Assembly: GCA_903885605.1 (NCBI GenBank)
Contig: CAISJD010000072.1
Span: 39-64,038 of the forward strand
Direction of reading: 5' to 3'
DNA from: an uncultured Chthonomonas sp.
Lineage (GTDB): Bacteria; Armatimonadota; Chthonomonadetes; Chthonomonadales; CAJBBX01
Length of the DNA stretch: 64,000 nucleotides
Of this stretch, positions 40,480 to 50,039 are shown piece by piece. Numbering within the stretch: the stretch's first letter is position 1; each line of letters opens with the position of its first letter. The notes beneath the pieces are model-generated. The model ran no database searches. It was not told the origin of the DNA and was given only the letters and a program-made list of their open reading frames with translations. Made by a program: the position numbers and the translations under genes.

Positions 40480-43004
40480 TGAAGGTCGCCTTTGCGCAAC
40501 CTTTCGGCCAGCGACGTTAGTTCCATACTGTGTGCATACTGACCAATCACGGTCATCAGTTGATTACTGTTTTCGAGTGCACTTCTACGTATCATTACGT
40601 CGCCTCTCTGCTTCGCGTAGCGCTCATCGCCCAGTGCCGGCACCGGAGGAGCGATGTACGCACGCAGGCGAACAGCCGCATGGGCCTCGAGAAGGTTATC
40701 CTCCCATACCGCGGTCTCGTGACCGGTATGAAACCAGTACGGTTCCCACTCACTATGCAGGTGTTCACACGCGCTGCGGGCGTAGGCCGACCCGATCGCA
40801 GACAGATAACTAATCCCGATCATGATACGAGCGTGAATATTTGCATACATATCTACGGCATATGAATCAATTGGATATAACCCTTGGATGCTATATACCC
40901 AAACAGAAGCCTTGACCCACTGAGTCGCTATGGTCTTTGCGATAACGGAAACCGACGGGTCGGGCTCGTCACCTACGCATGGGAGCTCAGTCAGAGTGGT
41001 GCGTCTGGAGCGCAGTTCATCTAGCAGCACGTCAGCTTGGGCCATCGAGGCAAGAGCGCGAACGTCGTGGCCTTCCTCTCCGGCGTCGTCAAACGCCTGC
41101 GTCGCCAGATTCCGTGCCGTGTCAAACTGGGATCGCTCGCGGGCGTGCCTCGATCGCTGAAGCAGAATGAACGAATTCGTCCATGCCCACTCCTGCACTG
41201 ACAAGAGGTCCTGAGTGGCCTCTTGGTACAGTTGGTCAGACAGGTCGAAGTCAGGACAACTCTCATCCTGAAACGAGCAACATTGCGCCTGCCCGTATTT
41301 TATGCATGCTGAGACAAACCATCGCTCTTCTGTGTCTGTCGTCCGTTCGCATAATAACAGCTGTTCTGTGGTTCGAATGGCCTCAAGTGCCTTGCGGCAA
41401 GCGTCCGGCTTCGGCCGCTCCGTCCAGAGGGCACGTGGGCTGTGAGTCCTGAACGTGATCAGCGACTCGGTGAGCCGGCGCATGAGGGATTGCGAGCCGG
41501 CAGTGGTGCCATCGGTATCGATCACAGCCAACCGCATCTCGTCTATCAATGTATCTATATACTTCCACTCACACACCTCATCCCAGTACCACCAGGCACG
41601 CAGGAACACATAACATAATCGGACCAGTGGATTCTTAACCGCAGATAGTTTGGGTAGCCTGCTGAGGTAGTGAAGGTAAGTGACTGTCACTCGCTGGTAC
41701 GCTGGATGTTCCACGAGGTATTCGCCTGCAACAGGCGATACAACGAGGCGCGTGTCCTTACCATAGCCCAGGAGCATCGCCTCAAGAGCGTTCAGCCGGA
41801 AGTCGGACCAGATGGTGTCTTTGGACCCCTGCCACTCAATACAATCCGTGAGGGCCTTCCGAGCGTACAGCGCTGTTGCATCAGATGCCTTGAACGTACC
41901 CCGCTCCATGTGGCGCTCGACGTGGTTGCCCGGCACAAGCGCCACGAGTAGCCGCTGGACCGCCTGTAGCGGGTCTTCCAGTTCTGAATCCGGGGCATCG
42001 TCGCCTTCCGGTCTGGACCCAGCCAGGCGGCGAGCCTCGTCGCTCACTTCGTTCGGAAGCGTGAGGGTCGCCGCCGTTAGCAGTACCTTCACGACGCGGA
42101 GTACCATGGCCGGCGTGCATTCCGTCTCCGCCAAAGCCAAGCACATGAGCACAACCCTCCAAGCGGCGGGCATACGGTCCAGCCAGTCCATCGCTAGTAG
42201 GTGCAGCACCTGCTCGGCCGGTGCGCCTTCGGGAATGACCAGCGATGTTGGGCGCACGCCGCCAGGCCGCATGAACATTAGCGCGCGGGGGCTCCATTGG
42301 CATGCCGTCCCGATGGTCTGAAGGTGCCCTTTGAATCCCTGATCGGCCTCCGACGCGGCAAGGGCCAGCCAGTCCTCCGGCGTCAGGCCGGTCTTGATAT
42401 CCAGGTAAGAGACATTGACTCGCTGTAAATCGTCTGGCCACGGCTGTGTTGTCTCAATAATTAAGCGCGGAATGCCTATAGTGGTGCGACAGAACTCGAA
42501 CAGATCATAGTAAGGGTACTTGGGGACTAACTGGGCATAGTGAAGTACGAGTTCAAAATTTGAAATAATGATACTCGTGTCTGCTCGACCGGAACAGATG
42601 TCTGCCAGTGCACTGCGGGTCTGGCCGTCAGCAATCTGCCCAAGCGATGATGCCCTGCAGTTGAGCTGCCGGTCGATCTCGGCAATCAGATCGCCGACTG
42701 GCTCAACGCCGCCGGGCCCCTGGGCGCAACTCACGCGTGCAAATGCGCGGCTGGCCCTCATATGCGCGTAGTCAACCAGGTGTGTCTTGCCGTAACCCGC
42801 AGGTCCGTACACGATGATCACACGGACTCTGGCGTCTTTTAGCCAGTCTCCAAGCATAGCTACCTCGCTGCTGCGCCCTTTGTGCCTACAGTTGGCCCAT
42901 CTGGGGTCATCGCTGCGAGGAGCTTGAAGAGGCGGCGGCGGTGACGGCAGCGCCAGTTTAACTGGGTGGTCGCCATTCGGTGCTGACACGACAACGCTAT
43001 GCAT
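40476..43004 (-). CDS. STAND/NB-ARC-like P-loop ATPase with helical TPR-like C-terminus
   Basis: KGRSSEVAMLGDWL, Walker A VYGPAGYGKT, degenerate Walker B IIISNFE, LIIETT, helical C-terminal half; visibly lower GC. Confidence 0.75.
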   Translation of the reverse strand: MHSVVVSAPNGDHPVKLALPSPPPPLQAPRSDDPRWANCRHKGRSSEVAMLGDWLKDARVRVIIVYGPAGYGKTHLVDYAHMRASRAFARVSCAQGPGGVEPVGDLIAEIDRQLNCRASSLGQIADGQTRSALADICSGRADTSIIISNFELVLHYAQLVPKYPYYDLFEFCRTTIGIPRLIIETTQPWPDDLQRVNVSYLDIKTGLTPEDWLALAASEADQGFKGHLQTIGTACQWSPRALMFMRPGGVRPTSLVIPEGAPAEQVLHLLAMDWLDRMPAAWRVVLMCLALAETECTPAMVLRVVKVLLTAATLTLPNEVSDEARRLAGSRPEGDDAPDSELEDPLQAVQRLLVALVPGNHVERHMERGTFKASDATALYARKALTDCIEWQGSKDTIWSDFRLNALEAMLLGYGKDTRLVVSPVAGEYLVEHPAYQRVTVTYLHYLSRLPKLSAVKNPLVRLCYVFLRAWWYWDEVCEWKYIDTLIDEMRLAVIDTDGTTAGSQSLMRRLTESLITFRTHSPRALWTERPKPDACRKALEAIRTTEQLLLCERTTDTEERWFVSACIKYGQAQCCSFQDESCPDFDLSDQLYQEATQDLLSVQEWAWTNSFILLQRSRHARERSQFDTARNLATQAFDDAGEEGHDVRALASMAQADVLLDELRSRRTTLTELPCVGDEPDPSVSVIAKTIATQWVKASVWVYSIQGLYPIDSYAVDMYANIHARIMIGISYLSAIGSAYARSACEHLHSEWEPYWFHTGHETAVWEDNLLEAHAAVRLRAYIAPPVPALGDERYAKQRGDVMIRRSALENSNQLMTVIGQYAHSMELTSLAERLRKGDLQ

Positions 43005-43083
43005 CTATCTCCTCCGGGATCGGCGCGTGCGCGGGTTCTGCACCTGCCGATGGTGCCGCTGTGGCCGTAGTACCCGAGGTCGT

Positions 43084-43764
43084 CTAGGCAACGTCCTTAG
43101 TCCCTACTTTATCATTAAGCCATTGAGATAGTTCATCACTCGTGTCAATATTCATCATGTTCTGGACCCATTTCATGCACCATGCAATTTGCTTCTTGCC
43201 GCTCTTAAGCATGTCATCTGATAATTCGTTACTATGCAGGGCTTCATTATAATAGACAGCAAAAGAGTGCTTCATGAGTCCTAGAGTTCTCAACAATTCA
43301 TCAGTATCAATTCTCTCGACTCTATGCCGACGACTAGGCGCTATGTGAATCGATACAAGTTTGTGGTGCAAGATTGCATTCGCAACAATGTGTGCTGACA
43401 TATAAGACTGCAACGGATGAAATACATATAGATGCCAGTCGTTATATATCGCGTCCGCCCACTTCTCTCTCTCTGAGTCTGCAATGTGAACCATATTCCA
43501 CCACACAGCGATCCCCGCGATGCCGATGCCCCATGTCATCAGGCCGCCGGTCAGTCCAGGCCAGAACGAACCCCAATCATGCGCTCCGGAGCGGGGAAGG
43601 TGGGACAACACGCTACTCAGTGAATCCCTCGGCACTGCGGCACAACAGATGATGGCTGCACCCAACGCAACAATCCAGAGCGCTCCGAAGTCCAAACGCG
43701 ATAGCGCTGACCGGCGCTCAGGGACCCCATTGTCACCGGAACCGCCTGTACTCTCTGATGTCAT
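43084..43764 (-). CDS. Hypothetical protein with two N-terminal TM segments
   Basis: Hydrophobic FGALWIVALGAAIICCAAV and LMTWGIGIAGIAVWW; AT-rich soluble C-terminus; GGAGG RBS. Confidence 0.7.
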   Translation of the reverse strand: MTSESTGGSGDNGVPERRSALSRLDFGALWIVALGAAIICCAAVPRDSLSSVLSHLPRSGAHDWGSFWPGLTGGLMTWGIGIAGIAVWWNMVHIADSEREKWADAIYNDWHLYVFHPLQSYMSAHIVANAILHHKLVSIHIAPSRRHRVERIDTDELLRTLGLMKHSFAVYYNEALHSNELSDDMLKSGKKQIAWCMKWVQNMMNIDTSDELSQWLNDKVGTKDVA

Positions 43765-43936
43765 TCCGACCCTCCGGTGCGGCGAGTGTGCCTCAACGCC
43801 ACCATCATATCACTCTATCGTGAGAGCATCGTGAGAGAACCGGCCGTTTTGGGGCGTTCTGGGGCTGTCGGCGGGGCTATTTCGAAAAATCGCCTGTAGA
43901 CGGGCATCGATGTGGGGTGGCCGACTTGCTGGTGGG

Positions 43937-44059
43937 GCCACCGCCGCCCCCCATATGCACGCCGACGACGCCGTCTGCGTGGGCATCTATGACCCGGAGG
44001 GGCAGGGCCTCCTGGCCCAGGACGTGCGTCTGCTGGAGGAGGCCCTGGGCGAGGGGTAG
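43937..44059. repeat. Direct repeat C2: orphan 3' end of the 39058 gene
   Basis: Encodes ATAAPHMHADDAVCVGIYDPEGQGLLAQDVRLLEEALGEG* versus ATAARHMHANDAVCVGIYDPEGQGLLAEDVRLLNQALGE*. Confidence 0.95.
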
Positions 44060-44204
44060 CGATCTGAGACCTGCCCGACGCGTCCGACTGGTCAGCCCTA
44101 GCCGGCGAGCGCGTCCACGGCAGGACTCCGCCGCCTGCCCGGCGTATCCTCTGGATGCTCGGGCGGGGTCTGCGCCGCCCCTTCTTGCGTCTGGAGGCGC
44201 CCCT

Positions 44205-47200
44205 ATGCTTCGATCGGTTCTGACTGCCCTCTGCCTTGCGGCCGCCTGCTCGGCTCTGGCCGCGCCGCCCGCCTCGATCCGGCCCGAACGGCTGCGGTGC
44301 GAGTACCTTCAGGAACCGCTGGGGTTGGATGTCGCCCGTCCGCGGCTCGGTTGGACCGCGGTGGCCACGGGCGCCTCGGGGCCGGATGCCGTGCAGACGG
44401 CCTACCAGGTGCGCGTGGCATCGACGCGGGACGGGCTGGCGCGGAGATCTGCGGACCTCTGGGACGGAGGACGGACCGCCTCGGACCGCACGGCGCAGGT
44501 CGAGTACGCCGGCCGCGCGCTGACGCCGCACCAGGAGTGCTGGTGGACCGTGCGCCTGTGGGACCGCGCGGGCCGGGCCTCGGGCTGGGCCGCGCCGCAG
44601 CGCTGGAGCATGGGCCCGGCCTCGGAGGGCGGCTGGGCCGGAGCATGGATCGAGGACCCCAACCCCGCGCCCGGCGGCAAGGGCCCGGCGGCCCAGATGC
44701 GCAACGGGTACCACAGCAAGCTGGAGACAGGCCCCGACGCCGCGAAGTGGGTGCAGGTGGACCTGGGCTCCCTGCGGCGCATCGACGGCGTCTGCCTCTG
44801 GCCCGCCCGCCCGGTGGACTGGGCGCAAGACGTGCCCGGCTTCCTCTTCCCGGTGCGCTACCGCATCGAGACCGCCGAGAAGCCCGGCGGACCGTTCGTA
44901 CCATTGGTAGATAGAACAGCCGCCGATGCGCCCAACCCCGGCGACGGCCCGGTGACGCACCGCTGCGAGGCCCGCCGCGCCCGCATCGTGCGGCTGACCG
45001 CCACGCGGCTCGCCATGCGCGATCCCGGCAACTACGCCCTCTGCTTGAGCGCCCTGGAGGCGCTGGACGGCGAGGCCGACGTGGCTCGCGGTTGCGCGGT
45101 GACGGCGCTGGACAGCCTGGAGCAGGGCGGATGGTCGGCGGCGCGGCTCACCGACGGCGAAAAGAGGTCGCGCCAGGCCCAGCCGCAGCTCGCGCTGCCC
45201 GCGCCCATGCTGCGCCGGGATTTCGCTGTACCGGGCCGCGTGCGCCGGGCCGTGCTCTACGCTTCGGCGCTGGGGCTCATGGAGCTGCGCCTCAACGGCT
45301 CGCGGGTGGGGCCGAACCTGCTGGCGCCGGAGTGGACCGACTACGGCCTCCGCGTGCAGTACCAGGCCTTCGACGTCACCCGCTCCCTGCGGCCCGGCCC
45401 CAACGCGCTCGGCGCCATGCTGGGCGACGGCTGGTACGCCGGGCGCATAGGGCTGTTCCCAGGGCGCGCGAACTACGGCCGCAAGCCGGCGCTCCGGCTC
45501 CATCTGCGCATGGAGATGGCCGACGGCTCGGTACGGACGCTGGTCACCGACGGCAAGTGGCGATCGACGCTGGAGGGCCCCGTCCGCGCCGCCGACATCC
45601 TCGACGGCGAGACGGTGGACCTGCGCCGCGCCATGCCCGGATGGGACCTGCCGGGGTTCGATGACCACGCATGGCGGCCCGCCGCCACGGTGGCCGGGGT
45701 CAAGGCGAAGCTGGTCCGCCAGCGCAACGAGCCGATCCGCGTGGTGCAGGAGCTGAGGCCCGTGGCGGTCACCGAGCCGAAGCCGGGCGTCATCATCTTC
45801 GACCTGGGCCAGAACATGGTGGGTTGGCCGCGCCTGCGGATCACAGGCAAACCGGGGGCCATGGTGCAGGTGCGCCACGCTGAGATGCTCAACGACGACG
45901 GCACCATCTACGTGACCAACCTGCGCGGAGCGCCGCAGATCGACCGCTACTTCCTTGCCGGCTCCGGCTCCGAGGTCTGCGAGCCGCGCTTCACCTACCA
46001 CGGCTTCCGCTACGTGGAGGTGACCGGCTCGTTCATCAAGCCCACGACGGCCGACCTGGTGGGGCGCGTCTTCTGCTCCTCCTCGCCCGAGGTGGGCCGC
46101 TTCGCCTGCTCCAGCCCCATGCTCACGAAGCTGATGCAGAACGTCTTCTGGACCCAGCGCGCCAACCTCATGAGCACGCCCACCGACTGCCCGCAGCGCG
46201 ACGAGCGGCTGGGATGGATGGGCGATATCCAGTCGTTCAGCCAGTCGGCCATCATGAATATGGACATGGCCGGCTTCTTCACCAAGTGGCTGCAGGACGT
46301 GCGCGACGCCCAGATGCCCGACGGCCGCTTCCCGGACTTCGCGCCGAACCCCGGCAAGGCGTCGGAGAGCTTCAGCGGCGTGCCGGCGTGGGGAGATGCC
46401 GGCGTGGTGGTCCCCTGGCGGGTCTGGGTGAACTACGGCGACAAGCGGCTGCTCGCCGACAGCTACCCGAGCTGCCGCCGCTGGCTGGAGTACGTCCGCA
46501 GGCTCAACCCCGACCTGGTCTGGCGCAACGGCCGCAACGCCGACTACAACGACTGGCTGAACGGCGACACGCTGGTGCTGCAGGGCTGGCCCAAGAGCGG
46601 CGGCGCCGTGCCCAACGACCTCTTCGCCACCGCCTTCTTCGCCCATTCCACCGACCTGACGCTCCGCATGGCCCGCGTGCTGGGCCTCAGCCGCGACGCC
46701 GCCGAGCTGGAGAAGCAGCTGGCGGGCATCAAGGCGGCCTTCAACAAGGCGTTCGTGCGGCCCGACGGCAGCCTGGCGGGCGACACGCAGGCCGGCTACG
46801 CGCTGGCCCTCCACTTCGACCTGCTGCCCGAGGCCGCGCGCCCCAGGGCCGTGGAGCGGCTCGTGGCGGCCATCCACCGGTACGGCGACCACGTCTCTAC
46901 CGGCATCCAGTCGACCCACCGCATGATGCTGGAGCTCTCGCGCTGGGGGCAGGGCGACCTGGCCTACACGCTGGCGAACCGCACCGACTTTCCCTCGTGG
47001 GGCTTCATGATCGGGAACGGGGCCACCACCATCTGGGAGCGCTGGGACGGCTACGTGAAAGGACGCGGCTTCCAGGACCCCGGCATGAACTCCTTCAACC
47101 ACTGGGCGCTGGGCTCCGTGGCCGAGTGGCTCTGGAGCAGCGTCGTCGGGCTAGCGCCGGACGAGGACGCCCCCGGCTGGCGGCGCTTCCGAGTGCGGCC

Positions 47201-47393
47201 CATCCCCGGAGGCGGCCTCACCTGGGCCAAGGGCGAGTTTGAAGCGCCCACGGGCCGCATCGCCGTCCACTGGCGCACCCAGGGCGGACGCCTGGTCCTG
47301 AACCTGACGGTGCCGCCCAACACCCAGGCCCTGGTGACGCTTCCCGGCCGGCCGGAGCGGACGGTGGGCCCCGGCGCCCACGTCCTGCGGTGA
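44205..47393 (+). CDS. GH78 alpha-L-rhamnosidase
   Basis: LRCEYLQEPLGLD, FDLGQNMVGW, FTYHGFRYVE, PTDCPQRDERLGWMGD, GATTIWERW, MNSFNH; GGAGG RBS before ATG 44205. Confidence 0.93.
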   Translation: MLRSVLTALCLAAACSALAAPPASIRPERLRCEYLQEPLGLDVARPRLGWTAVATGASGPDAVQTAYQVRVASTRDGLARRSADLWDGGRTASDRTAQVEYAGRALTPHQECWWTVRLWDRAGRASGWAAPQRWSMGPASEGGWAGAWIEDPNPAPGGKGPAAQMRNGYHSKLETGPDAAKWVQVDLGSLRRIDGVCLWPARPVDWAQDVPGFLFPVRYRIETAEKPGGPFVPLVDRTAADAPNPGDGPVTHRCEARRARIVRLTATRLAMRDPGNYALCLSALEALDGEADVARGCAVTALDSLEQGGWSAARLTDGEKRSRQAQPQLALPAPMLRRDFAVPGRVRRAVLYASALGLMELRLNGSRVGPNLLAPEWTDYGLRVQYQAFDVTRSLRPGPNALGAMLGDGWYAGRIGLFPGRANYGRKPALRLHLRMEMADGSVRTLVTDGKWRSTLEGPVRAADILDGETVDLRRAMPGWDLPGFDDHAWRPAATVAGVKAKLVRQRNEPIRVVQELRPVAVTEPKPGVIIFDLGQNMVGWPRLRITGKPGAMVQVRHAEMLNDDGTIYVTNLRGAPQIDRYFLAGSGSEVCEPRFTYHGFRYVEVTGSFIKPTTADLVGRVFCSSSPEVGRFACSSPMLTKLMQNVFWTQRANLMSTPTDCPQRDERLGWMGDIQSFSQSAIMNMDMAGFFTKWLQDVRDAQMPDGRFPDFAPNPGKASESFSGVPAWGDAGVVVPWRVWVNYGDKRLLADSYPSCRRWLEYVRRLNPDLVWRNGRNADYNDWLNGDTLVLQGWPKSGGAVPNDLFATAFFAHSTDLTLRMARVLGLSRDAAELEKQLAGIKAAFNKAFVRPDGSLAGDTQAGYALALHFDLLPEAARPRAVERLVAAIHRYGDHVSTGIQSTHRMMLELSRWGQGDLAYTLANRTDFPSWGFMIGNGATTIWERWDGYVKGRGFQDPGMNSFNHWALGSVAEWLWSSVVGLAPDEDAPGWRRFRVRPIPGGGLTWAKGEFEAPTGRIAVHWRTQGGRLVLNLTVPPNTQALVTLPGRPERTVGPGAHVLR

Positions 47394-47424
47394 GGCTAAC
47401 CCATCCGATGAACGGAGGTGAGGA

Positions 47425-48543
47425 ATGAGCCGGCCTACCAGTACCCTCGCGTCGGCGGCGCTCCTGCTGCTGCCCACAGTCGCCTCGTGCGCACCGGCGC
47501 CCTGGCCCGCCGCCTATCGCTTCTTCGGGCGGTGGGACCTGCGCGCCGCCGGACGCGCCGTGACCGTAAACAGCGGCAGCTACGTCCGGGCGCGGTTCTC
47601 GGGAACGGGTCTCAGCGCCACCTTCGACCTATCGGCCAACCGGCCGCACTGCGTCTGCACCCCGCAGGGCTCGTACCCGACGATCGCGTGGCGGATCGAT
47701 GCGGGCGAGTGGCAGGAGGCCGAGATCGCCGCCTCCGTGAAGCTGGCGGAGGGGCTGGGCAACGGGCGGCACAGCGTCATGCTCATGGTCCGCGGCCTGG
47801 ACGAGCACCAGAGCCGATGGACGCCGCCGCTGGTTGCCTGCGTCACGTTCACCGGTTTCGCGACGACCAAGGGCGGTAGGCTGGCGCCGCCGTTGCGCGA
47901 ATGGTTGAAGCCCGCCCTGACCCTCGAGTTCCTGGGCGACAGCATCACCGAGGGCGTGGTGGTCAACGAGGGCCGCGCAGGCGTGGTCAAGGGCATCCCG
48001 TTCACGTGGCCCTGGCTTGCGGACGCACGGCAGTCCTACGTGGGCCAGACCGCCATGGCGCTGGGCGCCGAGTGGCGTCAGGTGGGGTTCGGCGCGACGG
48101 GCCTCCTGCTCGTCGGCAGCGGCGGCGCGCCGGGCGCACTGGAAGCATTCAACTCCTTCTACGCCGGTTGCCCGCGAGACGCCTGGCAGCCCGATGTGGC
48201 GATCATCAACCAGGGCACCAACGAGGGATCGATCCCGCCGGATGAGTACCGGCAGCACTACACCAGGTACCTGGCCATGATCCGAGCGGCCTACCCGAAG
48301 GCGAAGATCGTGGCCCTGCGGCCCTTCTGCGGCGCCCAGGAGGCCGCCATCCCGGCCGCGGTCGATGCCCGCCATGCCGCCGGCGACGACCGGGTCTTCT
48401 ACATCGATGCCGCCGGCTGGTACCAGGGCCCCTTGCACCCCGACATCGCCGGTAGCGCCGCGTTGTCGCGGAAGCTGGTCGCTGCCCTTCGCACGCAAGT
48501 GCTGTACACCGGCGCACGGAGGGTGCCGGGTCAGGGAGGATGA
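47425..48543 (+). CDS. SGNH/GDSL esterase (CE2-like architecture)
   Basis: EFLGDSITEG, INQGTNE, LHP motifs after a beta-sandwich N-domain. Confidence 0.85.
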   Translation: MSRPTSTLASAALLLLPTVASCAPAPWPAAYRFFGRWDLRAAGRAVTVNSGSYVRARFSGTGLSATFDLSANRPHCVCTPQGSYPTIAWRIDAGEWQEAEIAASVKLAEGLGNGRHSVMLMVRGLDEHQSRWTPPLVACVTFTGFATTKGGRLAPPLREWLKPALTLEFLGDSITEGVVVNEGRAGVVKGIPFTWPWLADARQSYVGQTAMALGAEWRQVGFGATGLLLVGSGGAPGALEAFNSFYAGCPRDAWQPDVAIINQGTNEGSIPPDEYRQHYTRYLAMIRAAYPKAKIVALRPFCGAQEAAIPAAVDARHAAGDDRVFYIDAAGWYQGPLHPDIAGSAALSRKLVAALRTQVLYTGARRVPGQGG

Positions 48544-48732
48544 TCCGGCGCCGCGCAGGCTACTATCGGCACACAGGCTTTCTGTTCGCAGGCCGGGCAC
48601 ATCGTGACATGAACCATCGTAATGTACTGGAGACATCGGATTGCGCGTCTGCTGGGTGCCGCCCCTGCCGAGTGCCCAGAGTCGCGCAAGCCTCTGCTAC
48701 CTGTATGCGCATCTAGAAAGGAGCGCGGTTGC

Positions 48733-49548
48733 ATGGCAAGAAAGCACGGATTTACCCTGATCGAACTGCTGGTGGTGATCGCGATCATTGCGATCCTGGC
48801 TGCAATCCTGTTCCCGGTCTTTGCCCAGGCCCGGGAGCAAGCGCGCAAGACTTCGTGCCTCTCGAACATCAAGCAGGTCGCCCTCGGCGCGATCATGTAC
48901 TCGCAGGACTACGATGAGGTGCTCGTCGGGCCGGCTACGCGCCGCCGCGGCGGTCCCGCACCCACCCAGTACTCGTACTACTTCTGGAGTGCGAACTGGA
49001 TGTGCTGGCCCGAGGCGATCATGCCCTACATGAAGAACCTCGACATCTACACCTGCCCGGATCGCCGCAACAGCCCCTACTTCGGCTACACCATCAACGT
49101 CAACTCGTCGAACGACGACTTCCCCGGCGCCCCGACGCCGCCCGGCAACTGGAACGACGGCTACAGCGGCACCAACCTGACGCCCAAGCCCGGTCAGTAC
49201 AGCCCCGCCCTGGCGGAACTCGTGGCCCCGGCCAGCACGATCTGGTTCTATGACTCCAACGCCTCGATCTTCCAGTCGGGGCTGACCAACTGGACCAACC
49301 TGGAAGCCCTGGCGCTCACCGATCCCGGTTCCGCCGCCAGCGTCGAACTCGACGGTAGCCAGACCATCGCCCAGCTCTTCCTCACCGGCGGCGGCCGGGT
49401 AGACAACAGCACGCTGATCAAGGACCCCCACCGCCACCAGCAGACGATGAACATCTCATGGTGCGATGGTCATGCCAAGTCGATCCGTCCGTCCGCCATC
49501 AAGGGTGAGTGGTGGAACATGGAGCAGATCGCTCAGCCGGTCGAGTAG
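48733..49548 (+). CDS. Prepilin-type DUF1559-family protein with H-X9-DG motif
   Basis: MARKHG|[48 protein letters not shown]; AAGGAG RBS. Confidence 0.9.
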   Translation: MARKHGFTLIELLVVIAIIAILAAILFPVFAQAREQARKTSCLSNIKQVALGAIMYSQDYDEVLVGPATRRRGGPAPTQYSYYFWSANWMCWPEAIMPYMKNLDIYTCPDRRNSPYFGYTINVNSSNDDFPGAPTPPGNWNDGYSGTNLTPKPGQYSPALAELVAPASTIWFYDSNASIFQSGLTNWTNLEALALTDPGSAASVELDGSQTIAQLFLTGGGRVDNSTLIKDPHRHQQTMNISWCDGHAKSIRPSAIKGEWWNMEQIAQPVE

Positions 49549-49552
49549 GCCC

Positions 49553-49813
49553 ATGGCAAGTCTCCGCGACAAGCAGGTGAACCCTCTGCCGTTCGTGATC
49601 GCCCTGGTGGTGGTCGTGCTCGGAGTGGTCTACTTCGCCTTCATCAAGCCCGCGTCGGACGATGCGCGCGTCGCAAAGCAGTGGGCTACGGCAGAGGAGG
49701 CCGCCAAGCGAGGACCGGGTCGGCAGTACACTGAGCCCTACAAGGCCAAGCTGCAGGACCTCCTGCAGAAGGAAGGGCGCCGGGGCGCCACGTCGCGGCG
49801 GGAGCGCGAGTAG
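49553..49813 (+). CDS. Small single-pass membrane protein downstream of prepilin-like gene
   Basis: MASLRDKQVNPLPFVIALVVVVLGVVYFAFI plus charged tail, 4 bp after the upstream stop. Confidence 0.75.
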   Translation: MASLRDKQVNPLPFVIALVVVVLGVVYFAFIKPASDDARVAKQWATAEEAAKRGPGRQYTEPYKAKLQDLLQKEGRRGATSRRERE

Positions 49814-49853
49814 CAGCAGGGGCGCCTCGGGCTTCTTGAAGTGCCGTCGGCCG

Positions 49854-49883
49854 TTGACAGGCCGATGAATGAGGTGCTACAGT
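49854..49883 (+). promoter_or_regulatory. Sigma70-type promoter
   Basis: TTGACA-N18-TACAGT with TG extended -10. Confidence 0.6.
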
Positions 49884-49947
49884 CACCCATTGACCAACTC
49901 GGTTGACAGATGCAGGGAACCGCTGACACGGTTTCGTGCGACGCTGT

Positions 49948-50002
49948 AGGCCGGCACCGGGCCCTGTACGGCATTGCCGTATGGGGTCTGTGCCGGCCTT
50001 TT
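49948..50002 (+). terminator. Long hairpin plus U-tract (intrinsic terminator/attenuator in 5' leader)
   Basis: AGGCCGGCAC-CGGGCCCTGTACGGC-att-GCCGTATGGGGTCT-GTGCCGGCCT-TTT. Confidence 0.75.
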
Positions 50003-50039
50003 GCATTTGCGGCCGACAGGGATGAAGGGGTGCGATCCG

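Noticed and set aside
43005-43083. Possible stop read-through fusing the TM protein to the STAND ATPase
   Set aside because: Read-through frame is not in frame with the ATPase, which has its own GGAGG RBS.
43815-47102. Long antisense ORFs (also 4515-6704, 25939-28434, 29421-31205, 58276-60702)
   Set aside because: Shadow frames of real high-GC genes; no motifs, typical antisense composition.
49885-50005. c-di-AMP (ydaO) riboswitch
   Set aside because: Expected conserved segments (GCUGAAUC, GGGGAACC...GGGGUGAAU, CCCGUCAGCUAAC) not recognisable as a set.
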